From positions 9,988-73,987 of the forward strand of contig JAVJQZ010000005.1 in the NCBI GenBank assembly GCA_040218645.1: DNA of 64,000 nt, read 5' to 3'. Source of the DNA: Rhodospirillales bacterium. GTDB lineage: Bacteria > Pseudomonadota > Alphaproteobacteria > Rhodospirillales > Casp-alpha2. The notes below the pieces were generated by a model. The model ran no database searches, was not told the DNA's origin, and was given only the letters and a program-made list of their open reading frames with translations. Positions 1-10,098 of this stretch are shown here, piece after piece. Each line of letters begins with the position of its first letter. The stretch's first letter is position 1. The position numbers were made by a program, and so were the translations under genes.

Positions 1-1689
1 ATCATTCAGATCATCCCTGAGCGCCAGCGCGGCGGCAGCCAGTCCGTCAATCGCCGGATGCGGCTCGGCTTCCAGATCGTACGGCCCGTCGGCATCGCCG
101 GCACGGGCATAAACCTGATGGCGGACCAGGGCCAGAAACTTCTCGGTCGGGCCGTCGGGGCGGCCGTCGGTGATGCGCTGATGCCAGCCCGGCCCGGCCA
201 GGGCGCGCGCACCGTGCAGGGCCGCTTCCAGCGCCCTTTCAGCTGATTCATTGCCGGCGATCAGTTCCTCGACCCGGGCCTTGAGGCCGCGTGAGCGGGA
301 CCGGCTGCCCCCTTCGGCACCGATCAGCCAGCGCCGGAGCTCCGCTGTTTCCATGCCCGACAGGCGTGCCGAAAAGGCGCTGTCGGCGGCATTGAACAGA
401 TGGTGCGCTTCGTCGAAGACATAGCGGAGCGGCCTGTTTTCCGGATCGGACGCCATGGCGGCATTGATCAGCACCAGGGCATGGTTGGCGACGACGAGGT
501 CGGCATGCCTTGCCCGGCGCTGGGTGTGTTCGATGAAGCATTTGCCGTAATGCGGACAGGCGGAATAAATGCATTCGCCCCGGGTGTCGGTCAGGTCGGT
601 CGTGACCTCGCGTCCATATAGATGTGTCAGCCACGACGGAAAATCCCCGCCGACCATATCGCCATCACGGGTCGCCCTGATCCAGCGTGCGATCAGCCCG
701 AGCGCCACCGTATCCGGTCCGGCGGCGAGCTGGGCCCGGCCCAGAACCTCTTCGTAGTTCAGCAGACACATGTAATTTTCGCGCCCCTTGCGGACAACGA
801 TGCGTTCGCGCTTCAACTGCTGATCCGGATACAGACGGTCGAGTTCCCCGTCGAGCTGGCGCTGCAGGTTCCGGGTATACGTGGCGATCCACACCGGGGC
901 CTCGTTGTGTTCGGCCCAGACGCTGGCCGGGGCCACATACCCCAAGGTCTTGCCGACGCCGGTGCCGGCTTCGGCGATGACCACGTTCGGCTCGTCCTCG
1001 GTGTTGCGCGGCTGAAAGGCGGCGGTAACGGTTTCCGCATAGCGCTGTTGCTGGGGGCGGCGTTCGGATGTGCGGCCGAGCAGCATGCCGAGCCGGGTCT
1101 GTGTTTCCGGGACGAGAACCGGCAGACTGCCGGGCGGCATTTCGCGCGGGCGGTCTTCCCAGTCCGGCAATCTGCGCCAGACCTGCATGGCGCCCCTGAG
1201 GGCAGAGGAATGCGGTGCGTCACCGCCCCCGAATCGGGCCAGTACCTGTGGTCCCCAGGACCATCCGGCGCGGGCCATGTTCCAGGCGATATCCTTGGCG
1301 TCAGGGGTGACTTTGGCGAGATCACCGAGCAACATGTCGGCCGCCGTGAACAGCATGGCGGCGGTCTGTTCCGGGCCTTCGGGCAGGGCCAGCCCCAGGG
1401 CCTGCGCGACTCCACCCGGGGTCGGCAGACAGAACACGGCGGGCCGGACAAATGCAAAAAGCTCAAGTATATCATAGGCTTGAAATGCACCTGCGCGGAC
1501 CGCCGTTGCCGTCAGGCGGCGATGGCAAACCAGTGGCATGGCCCCGTCACGAAGCCGGGCATGGGTCTCGCGATGGCTCACGGTATCGATTTCACCGTCC
1601 CGGCTGAGCCAGGTCGCGGTGCGTGATCCGGCCACCAGCGCGGGGGAATTTTCAAATTCTGCGTGGCTTGTCAGGGTCTCGTCATCCAT
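1..1689 (-). CDS. DinG/Rad3-family ATP-dependent DNA helicase, N-terminal 563 codons (3' end lies beyond the window start)
   Basis: Not in the ORF track because there is no stop inside the window. My translation of the minus strand from the ATG at 1689 stays open to nt 1. It reads MDDETLTSHAEFEN...NVVIAEAGTGVGKTLGY (Walker A, ~nt 940-990)...RYVFDEAHHLFNAA (DEAH box, ~nt 400-440). The + ORF 622..1626 is its antisense shadow. Confidence 0.8.
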   Translation of the reverse strand, partial: MDDETLTSHAEFENSPALVAGSRTATWLSRDGEIDTVSHRETHARLRDGAMPLVCHRRLTATAVRAGAFQAYDILELFAFVRPAVFCLPTPGGVAQALGLALPEGPEQTAAMLFTAADMLLGDLAKVTPDAKDIAWNMARAGWSWGPQVLARFGGGDAPHSSALRGAMQVWRRLPDWEDRPREMPPGSLPVLVPETQTRLGMLLGRTSERRPQQQRYAETVTAAFQPRNTEDEPNVVIAEAGTGVGKTLGYVAPASVWAEHNEAPVWIATYTRNLQRQLDGELDRLYPDQQLKRERIVVRKGRENYMCLLNYEEVLGRAQLAAGPDTVALGLIARWIRATRDGDMVGGDFPSWLTHLYGREVTTDLTDTRGECIYSACPHYGKCFIEHTQRRARHADLVVANHALVLINAAMASDPENRPLRYVFDEAHHLFNAADSAFSARLSGMETAELRRWLIGAEGGSRSRSRGLKARVEELIAGNESAERALEAALHGARALAGPGWHQRITDGRPDGPTEKFLALVRHQVYARAGDADGPYDLEAEPHPAIDGLAAAALALRDDLND

Positions 1690-1798
1690 GGCGCGGAGTA
1701 TAAGGGGCAGAAGGGGGCCTGTCCCTCCTGCTGTCGTATTCTTTTGGCGTTCAACCGGGGTTCCGGCATAATCCGTTAAAATCGGAGGAGACCTAGAC

Positions 1799-2191
1799 AT
1801 GGCCGATAAAAAGCCGGATATCATCAACAACCCCAATGCGCCGGAAATCTACGCTGATCGGACGGCAAGCGTGTCGTTGCGCGGCAATGTTGCCCGGATT
1901 TCACTGGCCAGTGAGCGTTCCGGCGCAGACCCCAAGAATCCTGAATCCGTGATTTCCGGCCATCTCGTGATGCCGGTACGCGGGTTTATTCAGCTTTATG
2001 CCCAGATGCAGAGCGTGGTAAAGCAGATGGAAGCCAGCGGCATGCTGCAGGCCAAGCAGGGCGCCGCGGCTAAACCCGCCCCCGCGGCCGGAAAAACGGC
2101 TTCCAAGGCCGCGTCCAAGGCGGCTTCGAAGTCCCCTGCAAAGAAAAAAACCGCCGCTTCCTCAAGTCGAAGCAAGCGCAAGAAAAGTTGA
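1799..2191 (+). CDS. hypothetical protein with Lys/Ala-rich histone-H1-like C-terminal tail
   Basis: Strong SD (ggaggag) 8 nt before the ATG. Globular N-terminal ~85 aa, then AAKPAPAAGKTASKAASKAASKSPAKKKTAASSSRSKRKKS. Confidence 0.6.
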   Translation: MADKKPDIINNPNAPEIYADRTASVSLRGNVARISLASERSGADPKNPESVISGHLVMPVRGFIQLYAQMQSVVKQMEASGMLQAKQGAAAKPAPAAGKTASKAASKAASKSPAKKKTAASSSRSKRKKS

Positions 2192-2280
2192 TCGGATTGC
2201 TCGTTTTAGGTTCTTGAAACTCGCCGCACATCGGCGTATCGATAGCGAAGACAATACTGTCCTGTACGGAGTAAAAGACG

Positions 2281-2496
2281 GTGCTCAGAAGAAACAAGAA
2301 CGGGATCGAAGTCGGTGACAAATTCGTCAAGACCGATGACCCGAAAACCGTCTGGGTTGTTGCTGGCCGTGGCAGTTCCGTTGCGCCCATGCCGCATTTC
2401 CAGGTGGTTCAGGAAGGCTATTACAGCCGCATGCGGACGCTGGCGGAGAGTGTTCTGCTTGACCCTGATTATTATCGCCGTATTTCCGAAAACTGA
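2281..2496 (+). CDS. small hypothetical protein (71 aa, GTG start)
   Basis: ORF with GGAG about 12 nt upstream of the GTG. No recognisable motif. Sits in a region with competing shadow ORFs. Confidence 0.4.
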   Translation: MLRRNKNGIEVGDKFVKTDDPKTVWVVAGRGSSVAPMPHFQVVQEGYYSRMRTLAESVLLDPDYYRRISEN

Positions 2497-2557
2497 GTTG
2501 CCAACCTTTGCGACTGCATCGTCGCCAATAGCCGCCTAATGCTGCTAACATCGCTTC

Positions 2558-3025
2558 ATGGCAGATCAGAAGCCCCCTCCCGAAAATGATCCGAGAGACA
2601 AAACCGAACGCCGTGGTGATGACCGCCGCGATCAGGGGGACCGTCGTCAGAAAGACCTGACGGCGGCCGACGTTCTTGGCTGGGACGGCACGGAGCGGCG
2701 CGGTGAAGATCGTCGAGCTGCCCAGGAACGCCGGCTGGAAGAGCGCCGCCAGAAAGATGCCGAATGGGAAGTCGATGCCATCGACAGCTTCTGGCCGATG
2801 GATGATCAGGCCCGTGCCGACCATGAGCGCCGCCAGGATGAACGCCGCGAGCGTGATCGCCGGGGCCGTGAACGGCGGAAAACGCAGGCTGATCCTGCCG
2901 ACGTGCCCGGCTGGGACGGCACGGAACGGCGCGAGGGAGACCGGCGCGCGCTTGAACGGAGAGACCTGGAGCGTCGCATCCGTGCTGCCAGGATCGCCGA
3001 CAGCGGTGAAAATCCGGGGGTGTGA
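2558..3025 (+). CDS. highly charged Arg/Asp/Glu-rich repeat protein (two GWDGTERR modules)
   Basis: Codon usage fits the host. Internal duplication ADV(L/P)GWDGTERR(G/E)(E/G)DRRA..ERR..ERR at about nt 2667 and about nt 2893. No SD seen. Confidence 0.5.
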   Translation: MADQKPPPENDPRDKTERRGDDRRDQGDRRQKDLTAADVLGWDGTERRGEDRRAAQERRLEERRQKDAEWEVDAIDSFWPMDDQARADHERRQDERRERDRRGRERRKTQADPADVPGWDGTERREGDRRALERRDLERRIRAARIADSGENPGV

Positions 3026-3053
3026 ACGTCTCACCGTATCTTAAATCAAGAAT

Positions 3054-3124
3054 GTCATTCCCGCGAAAGCGGGAACCCAGATTAAACACTGGAACGAATG
3101 GGTCCCCGCTTTCGCGGGGATGAC
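3054..3124. repeat. REP-like composite palindromic element (family also at 53282..53348, half copy at 50544..50569)
   Basis: Left arm gtcattcccgcgaaagcgggaaccca (3054-3079) is the inverted complement of right arm tgggtccccgctttcgcggggatgac (3099-3124). Each arm is itself a small hairpin. Lies between two convergent gene ends. Confidence 0.65.
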
Positions 3125-3193
3125 GAGGTTGTGAAACGGCGTAGGTCTTTCGTACAGCATCAATCACGCTGCCAAGTCGGATAATGAAAAGCG

Positions 3194-6100
3194 CTAGACC
3201 TTCGGCGTATACCCCAGATTAGGCGCCAGCCAGCGTTCGGTCTCTTCGACGGTCATGCCCTTGCGGTCGGCATAGTCGGCGACCTGATCCGGGCCGATCC
3301 GGCCGATCCCGAAATACGCACTCGATGGGTGCGAGAAATAATATCCCGACACCGCCGCCGCCGGTAACATGGCGAAGCTTTCCGTCAGCGTGATACCCGC
3401 GTTTTCATCCCCGTTCAGCAGATCGAACAGAATGCCTTTTTCGGTATGATCGGGGCAGGCCGGATAACCGGGGGCCGGTCGGATGCCGTCATAGGTTTCC
3501 TTGATCAAGGCATCGTTATCCAGGGTTTCATCAGCGGCGTAACCCCAGAATTCCCTGCGGACCCGTTCGTGCATCCGCTCGGCAAAGGCCTCGGCAAAGC
3601 GATCCGCCAGTGCCTTGAGCATGATGGAAGAATAATCGTCACCGGCTTTTTCGAAGGCTTTGACCCGTTCGTCGATGCCGATCCCGGCGGTGACGGCAAA
3701 CGCCCCGATCCAGTCCTTCACGCCGCTGTCGGCGGGCGCAATGAAATCGGCCAGGCACATGTTGGCGCGGACCCCGGATTTCGGCATCTGCTGGCGCAGG
3801 CAATGCACAGTGGCAATCGGGGCGTTTTCGCCATCGACACCGAAGACATCGATGTCATCACCGGTGGCGTTGGCCGGCCAGAATCCGATCACGGCACGGG
3901 CCGACAGCCATTTCTCGGCGATGATTTTTTCCAGCATGGAATCGGCATCGGCTTTCAATGATCGCGCCGCTTCACCGACAACGTCGTCCGTCATGATGCG
4001 GGGATAGGTACCCGCCAAATCCCAGGTGCGGAAAAAGGGTGTCCAGTCGATGCGTTCGACCAGATCCGATAGGTCGTACTCATCGAATGTCTTCAGGCCC
4101 GTAAACGTCGGTTCGGGGGGGGTGGTATTGGTCCAGTCGATCTTGAACGGATTGGCGCGGGCATCTTCGATCGCGATGATGTTGCGTGCACTGTCCTGCC
4201 CGCCGTGCTTGGCGCGGACGGCTTCGTATTCCTGGGCGATTTCCTCGACCAGTGCATCGCGGCGTGTCTCGCTCAGCAGCCGGCTGGCGATCCCGACGGC
4301 ACGCGATGCGTCCAGCACGTGGATCACGGGATGTTCGTAATTAGGTGTGATCTTGACGGCGGTATGCGCCTTGGACGTGGTGGCGCCGCCGATCAGCAGC
4401 GGGATGTCCATCCCGGCACGCTGCATCTCGCGGGCGACGGTGCACATTTCCTCAAGACTGGGCGTAATCAGTCCGGACAGGCCGATCATGTCGGCTTTTT
4501 CGCTCTGGGCGGTTTCGATGATTTTGGCGTACGGCACCATGACGCCAAGATCGACAACGTCGTAGCCGTTGCATTGCAGGACCACGCCGACGATGTTCTT
4601 GCCGATGTCATGGACGTCGCCTTTGACGGTGGCCATGACAATCTTGCCCTTGGTGTCGCCGGCTTTCTTCTCGGCTTCCAGATACGGTTCCAAGTGGGCG
4701 ACCGCCTGTTTCATGACGCGCGCGGATTTGACGACCTGCGGCAGGAACATGCGGCCCGATCCGAACAGATCGCCGACCACGTTCATGCCGTCCATCAGCG
4801 GCCCTTCGATCACATCGAGCGGCTTGTCGAGGGCCAGGCGGGCTTCTTCGGTATCATCGACAATATATTCGGTAATGCCGTGGACCAGTGCGTGCTCGAG
4901 ACGGCGTTCGACATTTTCCTCACGCCATGAAAGGTCTTCGGCGCGGCCCTTGGCACCGGACTTGGCCTGATCGGCGATTTCAAGAAGCCGTTCAGCAGCG
5001 TCCTCGCGGCGGTTCAGGACAACGTCCTCGACACGGTTCCGGAGTTCTTCGGGGATGTCTTCATAAAGAGCCAGCTGACCGGCATTGACGATGGCCATGT
5101 CCAGACCGGCGCGGGTCGCATGATACAGGAAGACCGCGTGCATGGCTTCGCGCACACCATTGTTGCCGCGAAACGAAAACGACATGTTGGAAAGCCCGCC
5201 TGAGGTCTTCACGTACGGCAGGTCTTTCTTGATGGTCTCGACGGCGCGAATGTAATCCTTCGAGAAGTTGTCATGTTCCTTGATCCCGGTGGCGATCGGG
5301 AAAATGTTCGGATCGAAGACGATATCCTCGGCGGCAAACCCGGCCTTTTCGGTTAGAACCTTGTAGCTTTTGGTGCAGATTTCGATCATGCGCTCGAAAC
5401 TGTCGGCCTGGCCGTCCTCATCAAATGCCATGACCACGACCGCGGCGCCGAACCGCTTGGCCTCGCGGGCGTGGGCAATCATTTCCGCTTCGCCCTCCTT
5501 GAGGCTGATCGAATTGACGATGGACCGGCCCTGCAGGCATTTAAGCCCGGCAACGACAATTTCCCACTTGGAACTGTCGACCATCACCGGGACCCGGGCG
5601 ATGTCCGGTTCCGAGCCAATCAGATTGACGAACGTGCGCATGGCTTCTTCGCCGTCGAGCATTGCGTCATCCATGTTGATGTCGATGATCTGGGCGCCGT
5701 TCATGACCTGCTGACGGGCAATGTCGACGGCTTCGGCATACTTGCCGTCACGGATCAGTCCGGCGAACTTGATCGACCCGGCAACATTTGTCCGTTCGCC
5801 GATGTTGACGAATCCGGTCACGTCATCGAACCGTAGTTGCTCGAGGCCCGACAGGCACATGGTGTGGTCGTGCTCAGGCAGGGCGCGGGGGGCATGCTGC
5901 TGGACGGCATCGCGGATGGCTTCGATATGATCCGGTGTGGTGCCGCAGCAACCGCCGACGATGTTGATCAGTCCGGACCGGGAGAACTCACTCAGGTGTT
6001 CGGCCATATGCTCCGGGGTGTCGTCATAGCCGCCGAACGCATTGGGTAAGCCCGCATTCGGATACACGCTGACATGGGTATCGGCAATATCGGCAACCGC

Positions 6101-6979
6101 CTTGATGTGGGGACGCATATCCTCGACACCCAATGCGCAGTTGAAACCGACGGCCAGCGGATTGGCATGCCGCACGGATTGCCAGAACGCTTCCGGTGTC
6201 TGTCCCGAAAGTGTACGCCCCGACGCATCGGTAATGGTGCCGGAAATCATCACCGGCCAGCGGCGGCCCTGTTCTTCGAAATGGCGCAGGATGGCATAGA
6301 TCGCGGCCTTGGCGTTCAGCGTGTCGAAGATTGTCTCGACCAGCAGGATATCGACGCCGCCGTCGGTCAGACCGCGGATCGCCTCGGCGTAGGTTTCCAC
6401 AAGGTCGTCAAAGTGAATGTTTCTGAAGCCCGGATCGTTGACGTCCGGTGAGATCGATGCCGTGCGGTTGGTCGGGCCCAATGCACCGGCCACGAACCGG
6501 GGCCGATCCGGCGTTTCCTCACTGATCTGATCCGCCGCTTCACGTGCAAGGCAGGCACCGAAATAGTTCAGCTCGTACGACAGCGCTTCCATGCTGTAAT
6601 CGGCCTGCGAGATGCGGTTGGCATTAAATGTGTTGGTGGCAAGGATATCCGCGCCCGCACGCAGGAATGCCAGGTGAATGTCTCGGATGGCATCAGGCCG
6701 GGTCAGGGTCAGCAGATCGTTGTTGCCCTGCAGATCGCTCGGCCAGTCGAGGAAGCGCGTGCCGCGAAAGTCGTCCTCTTTCAGTTCATAGGCCTGAATC
6801 ATGGTGCCCATGGCACCGTCGAGAACGAGAATCCGGTTCTCCAGATGCCGCTTCAATTCTTCGCTGCGGTCATCCGCCGGTTGGGCCGGCATGCTGCGCG
6901 ACGGTGTCGGTGTCGCATCCATACGCTGTGCCGGCGGAGTTGGGTTCGGCGCGTGGTGATGCGGATGGGAACAGGTCAT
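3194..6979 (-). CDS. metH: cobalamin-dependent methionine synthase
   Basis: 1261 aa covering all MetH modules: Hcy-binding (LDGAMGT), pterin-binding, B12-binding ([11 protein letters not shown]) and the AdoMet activation domain. The true start may be an internal Met. Confidence 0.97.
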   Translation of the reverse strand: MTCSHPHHHAPNPTPPAQRMDATPTPSRSMPAQPADDRSEELKRHLENRILVLDGAMGTMIQAYELKEDDFRGTRFLDWPSDLQGNNDLLTLTRPDAIRDIHLAFLRAGADILATNTFNANRISQADYSMEALSYELNYFGACLAREAADQISEETPDRPRFVAGALGPTNRTASISPDVNDPGFRNIHFDDLVETYAEAIRGLTDGGVDILLVETIFDTLNAKAAIYAILRHFEEQGRRWPVMISGTITDASGRTLSGQTPEAFWQSVRHANPLAVGFNCALGVEDMRPHIKAVADIADTHVSVYPNAGLPNAFGGYDDTPEHMAEHLSEFSRSGLINIVGGCCGTTPDHIEAIRDAVQQHAPRALPEHDHTMCLSGLEQLRFDDVTGFVNIGERTNVAGSIKFAGLIRDGKYAEAVDIARQQVMNGAQIIDINMDDAMLDGEEAMRTFVNLIGSEPDIARVPVMVDSSKWEIVVAGLKCLQGRSIVNSISLKEGEAEMIAHAREAKRFGAAVVVMAFDEDGQADSFERMIEICTKSYKVLTEKAGFAAEDIVFDPNIFPIATGIKEHDNFSKDYIRAVETIKKDLPYVKTSGGLSNMSFSFRGNNGVREAMHAVFLYHATRAGLDMAIVNAGQLALYEDIPEELRNRVEDVVLNRREDAAERLLEIADQAKSGAKGRAEDLSWREENVERRLEHALVHGITEYIVDDTEEARLALDKPLDVIEGPLMDGMNVVGDLFGSGRMFLPQVVKSARVMKQAVAHLEPYLEAEKKAGDTKGKIVMATVKGDVHDIGKNIVGVVLQCNGYDVVDLGVMVPYAKIIETAQSEKADMIGLSGLITPSLEEMCTVAREMQRAGMDIPLLIGGATTSKAHTAVKITPNYEHPVIHVLDASRAVGIASRLLSETRRDALVEEIAQEYEAVRAKHGGQDSARNIIAIEDARANPFKIDWTNTTPPEPTFTGLKTFDEYDLSDLVERIDWTPFFRTWDLAGTYPRIMTDDVVGEAARSLKADADSMLEKIIAEKWLSARAVIGFWPANATGDDIDVFGVDGENAPIATVHCLRQQMPKSGVRANMCLADFIAPADSGVKDWIGAFAVTAGIGIDERVKAFEKAGDDYSSIMLKALADRFAEAFAERMHERVRREFWGYAADETLDNDALIKETYDGIRPAPGYPACPDHTEKGILFDLLNGDENAGITLTESFAMLPAAAVSGYYFSHPSSAYFGIGRIGPDQVADYADRKGMTVEETERWLAPNLGYTPKV

Positions 6980-7012
6980 GTGAAACTCTTTTCGTTTGTT
7001 CTTGTTATAAGG

Positions 7013-7978
7013 TCAGGCCGCGAGATGCTTGCGGACACCCATGATGTGGCAGATCGCGTAACAGAGATCGGCCCGGTTCATGGTGTAGAAATGAAATTCG
7101 TTAATGCCGTTGGCATGCAGAACCCGGCATTGTTCAGCGCACACGCTTGCGGCAACGAGCTTGCGGCTCTCGCTGTCTTCGTCCAGCCCGTCGAACAGGC
7201 CGTGCATCCAGTCCGGCACATTTGCGCCGCACATACCGGCAAACTTTGCGGTCTGCTGGAAGTTGGTCACGGGGATGATGCCGGGCACGATGGGAATGGC
7301 GATCCCGGCGCTGCGGGCCCGATCCAGAAATCTCAGGAACACTTCGGGATCAAAAAAGAACTGGGTAATGGCGCGGGTGGCGCCGGCGTCGATCTTGCGT
7401 TTCAGATTATCGAGGTCGGCTTCGGCGCTCAGGGCCTCGGGATGGGTTTCCGGATAGGCGGCGACGGAAATTTCGAAGTCGGCGACATTCTTCAGGCCTT
7501 TGACCAGGTCGGACGCATAATCGTAGCCGCCGGGGTGCGGCTCGTATCGATCAGCATCCGCAGGCGGGTCACCCCTGAGCGCGACGATATGGCGGACGCC
7601 CGCTTCCCAATAGGCGCGGGCGACATCGTCGACTTCCTCGCGGGTTGCCCCGACACATGTCAGGTGTGCCGCCGGGGCCATGGTGGTTTCATCGGCAATG
7701 CGGGTCACGGTTGCATGAGTCCGCTCGCGCGTTGTGCCGCCGGCGCCATACGTCACCGAGACATAGGACGGGTCGAGCGGCTCCAGGCGCTTGATCGCCT
7801 GCCAGAGGGTTTCCGCAGCGGCGTCGGTTTTCGGTGGGAAGAACTCAAACGAGACCGACACATCATCGGGGAGGGGGGCCGCGATCATCATCGCTGGCGA
7901 CGGCGGCCTGCCGGTCCTGGAGACGTTCATGATGCGCGGGTTTTCCACATCCTTGTCCTTGTCGATACGGTGAATCAT
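7013..7978 (-). CDS. metF: 5,10-methylenetetrahydrofolate reductase
   Basis: SFEFFPPKT...VTYGAGG...HLTC motifs. The start ATG overlaps the upstream gene's stop (ATGA at 7975-7978), consistent with translational coupling. Confidence 0.94.
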   Translation of the reverse strand: MIHRIDKDKDVENPRIMNVSRTGRPPSPAMMIAAPLPDDVSVSFEFFPPKTDAAAETLWQAIKRLEPLDPSYVSVTYGAGGTTRERTHATVTRIADETTMAPAAHLTCVGATREEVDDVARAYWEAGVRHIVALRGDPPADADRYEPHPGGYDYASDLVKGLKNVADFEISVAAYPETHPEALSAEADLDNLKRKIDAGATRAITQFFFDPEVFLRFLDRARSAGIAIPIVPGIIPVTNFQQTAKFAGMCGANVPDWMHGLFDGLDEDSESRKLVAASVCAEQCRVLHANGINEFHFYTMNRADLCYAICHIMGVRKHLAA

Positions 7979-8934
7979 TGAGCGGCGGCCTTTTCGGCTG
8001 AAGGGGCGATTTTGTGGGCGGACCAGATGACGACGGTCAGAGGGTCGCCTTTCAGATGTTCGATGTCGTCCAGTTTCAGTCCGGCTTCGGCAAAGGCGGC
8101 ATCAAACTCGAAATCGGCAAAGCCCAGACGGCGATGCTGGTAGGTGCGGCGCAGGTCTTCCTCGTCATGGGGGGCGAAATCGGCGATCAGCATGCGCCCG
8201 CCCGGGCTCAGCATGCGGCCGGCCTCGACGATGGCGGCGGTGACGTCATCGACGTAATGCAGAACCTGATGGAACAGGACGGTATCAAACTCGGCATTGT
8301 CATAGGGCAGGGAATACAGATCCCCCTGACGGACCCGGCAATGCGCTAGGCCGTCGGCTTCGAGGGTGGATCGCGCCACGGCCAGCATGTCGCGCGACAT
8401 ATCAATGCCTTCACCGCGCTCGACCCGGTCCGCGAACAGGCCCAACATGTCGCCGGTGCCGGTACCGATATCGAGTAACGCGGTTCTGGGTGTGCTCCCG
8501 AACAGACGCTCCAGGGCCTTGTTGACTTCCTTTTGATCAACATGCATGTCGCGGATTTCGCCCCAGACCCGGGCGTTGGCGCTGAAGAAGGCGTCCGCCG
8601 CTTCGGCGCGTTCGCGTTTTACGGCGGCAAGCCGTTCACGGTCGCGCTGGAAGGTAATGTCGTCATCGGGGATGTTGTCGATAAGGGCGTTGAGGATACC
8701 GTGCGCCTTGCCGGTGCTGTCGATCCGGTAGAATACCCAGCTGCCTTCGGGAATCCGTGCCAGCGCACCGGCTTCGGTCAGCAGTTTCAGATGCCGGGAA
8801 ACCCGGGGCTGGCTTTGACCCAGAATGCGCACGAACTCGCTCACCGCAAGATCGCCGCCGGCGCGGCACAGCGCAACGATGCGCAGGCGGGTCGGCTCAG
8901 CAAGGGCTTTCAGCAATAGAACGGTCTGGTTCAT
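7975..8934 (-). CDS. sahR: ArsR-family HTH fused to a SAM-methyltransferase-like domain (SahR-type methionine-cycle regulator)
   Basis: N-terminus LLKALAEPTRLRIVAL...VSRHLKLL is an ArsR wHTH. C-terminus LDIGTGTGDM is MTase motif I. Positioned directly upstream of metF-metH, as described for SahR. I chose the ATG at 8934 (SD GAGGA 5 nt upstream) over the track's TTG at 8946. Confidence 0.75.
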   Translation of the reverse strand: MNQTVLLLKALAEPTRLRIVALCRAGGDLAVSEFVRILGQSQPRVSRHLKLLTEAGALARIPEGSWVFYRIDSTGKAHGILNALIDNIPDDDITFQRDRERLAAVKRERAEAADAFFSANARVWGEIRDMHVDQKEVNKALERLFGSTPRTALLDIGTGTGDMLGLFADRVERGEGIDMSRDMLAVARSTLEADGLAHCRVRQGDLYSLPYDNAEFDTVLFHQVLHYVDDVTAAIVEAGRMLSPGGRMLIADFAPHDEEDLRRTYQHRRLGFADFEFDAAFAEAGLKLDDIEHLKGDPLTVVIWSAHKIAPSAEKAAAQ

Positions 8935-8961
8935 ATGAATCCTCAATCTCGATAATGAATA

Positions 8962-8981
8962 AAAGATATAAACATATCTTT
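8962..8981. promoter_or_regulatory. perfect 8-4-8 palindrome, candidate operator of the ArsR/SahR-type regulator
   Basis: AAAGATAT-AAAC-ATATCTTT lies 28 nt upstream of the regulator ATG in an AT-rich promoter region. Confidence 0.45.
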
Positions 8982-9266
8982 ATGTCAATAGAAAACATGA
9001 TCTTGCCGGATTCGCCGGATACCAATCATTAACCATCCGGACGCTAGTCTCGACGCGGGATGCCGGAAAACCGGCGGTTATGACGGGACGAGGTGGGTCG
9101 TGGAACGGATTCTTCAGAGAAAACGGGTAGATGCCGAAGCGTGCAGGGCGTTGCAGGCGAAGCGCCGACGGCGCTGGCTGGGCGATACAGTACAACCGAA
9201 CAAGGCACCGGACGGGGAAAAGCCGGTCCCGATGAGGCAATCGCGGCCGCGCAGGACTGTCGTGTG

Positions 9267-10079
9267 ATGTGGCGGCGATCCTGCATATATATGCTGTTTT
9301 TATGTTTATTTTTCGTTTTTGGCTGCGCAACACCGCCACCTAAAGCCGATTTAGAGGCATATAACGCGTATTTAGAGACCAACGATCCGCTCGAGCCGTT
9401 GAACCGTTCCGTGTTCACCTTCAACCAGTTTGTCGACAGGCTTCTGCTGCAGCCGGCAGCGCGGACCTATCGCGACGTGGTGCCGTTGTGGGTGCGTCAG
9501 CGCATCGGTTCGGCACTGGACAATCTGCGCGCCCCGGTGATTTTCGTGAACGATATTCTGCAGGGCGAGCTGGACCGCGCGATGACGACCCTGGCGCGGT
9601 TCTCGTTCAACTCGACACTGGGGATCGCCGGCCTTCACGATATCGCCGACGACATGGGGCTGAAACAGCACGACGAAGACTTCGGCCAGACCCTCGCCGT
9701 CTGGGGCTCGACGCCGGGGCCTTACATCATCCTGCCGGTCCTCGGCCCATCAAATCCGCGTGATGCGGTGGGGCGGGCCGTTGATTACCTGCTCGACCCG
9801 TTCAATGCCTGGGCCGGAAATACCGGCCGCGAGGACCTGGCATATGCCCGCACAGGCGCGGCTTTGCTGCATGCCCGTGCCGGTCTGCTCGACGTCACCG
9901 ATGATCTGGAGAGGAACGCCATTGATCCATATGCGGCGACGCGCAGTATATATAGACAGAACCGTGCCCATGCGATTAGCAATGGCAACGTCAACGGTCC
10001 TGATGTATTGTCGGCGCCGTCTGATTTTCCATCACTGGATGATCGTGTCGACAGCAACACGCTTTCAGGGAAGCCGTGA
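9267..10079 (+). CDS. mlaA: MlaA/VacJ family outer-membrane lipoprotein
   Basis: Lipobox FFVFGC after the Met at 9267. DPLEPLNRSVFTFN...NSTLGIAGLHDIA matches the MlaA core. The track ORF from 9093 has a non-genic N-terminal extension. Confidence 0.85.
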   Translation: MWRRSCIYMLFLCLFFVFGCATPPPKADLEAYNAYLETNDPLEPLNRSVFTFNQFVDRLLLQPAARTYRDVVPLWVRQRIGSALDNLRAPVIFVNDILQGELDRAMTTLARFSFNSTLGIAGLHDIADDMGLKQHDEDFGQTLAVWGSTPGPYIILPVLGPSNPRDAVGRAVDYLLDPFNAWAGNTGREDLAYARTGAALLHARAGLLDVTDDLERNAIDPYAATRSIYRQNRAHAISNGNVNGPDVLSAPSDFPSLDDRVDSNTLSGKP

Positions 10080-10098
10080 ATTGAGAGTACTTTCAGGT

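Noticed and set aside
622-1626. Long + strand ORF (334 aa), and the similar long ORFs 6674..7981(+), 14076..15317(+), 23250..24818(+), 28552..29676(+), 37971..39476(+), 43687..44640(-), 54035..55015(+) and 16378..17388(-).
   Set aside because: Each lies antisense to a gene with unmistakable family motifs (DinG, metF/metH, MFS, dioxygenase, sthA, katG, helicase, ettA, gss). Their translations are Arg/Gly/Ala/Pro/His-rich low-complexity strings typical of shadow frames in GC-rich DNA.
4115-4122. G8 run (C8 on the coding strand) inside metH, considered as a possible frameshift-prone site or pseudogene indicator.
   Set aside because: The metH reading frame is intact through it (..TTPPEP..) and the full-length protein is conserved end to end.
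9760-10098. N-terminal 113-aa extension of the mlaC ORF that overlaps mlaA. The track ORFs 9093, 13741..14403, 18722, 26973, 41034..42023, 41912, 47598..49133 and 56880 are similarly over-extended.
   Set aside because: An internal Met, preceded by a better SD and/or followed at once by a signal peptide or the conserved N-terminal motif, gives a normal-length protein. The extensions overlap neighbouring genes and are compositionally odd.
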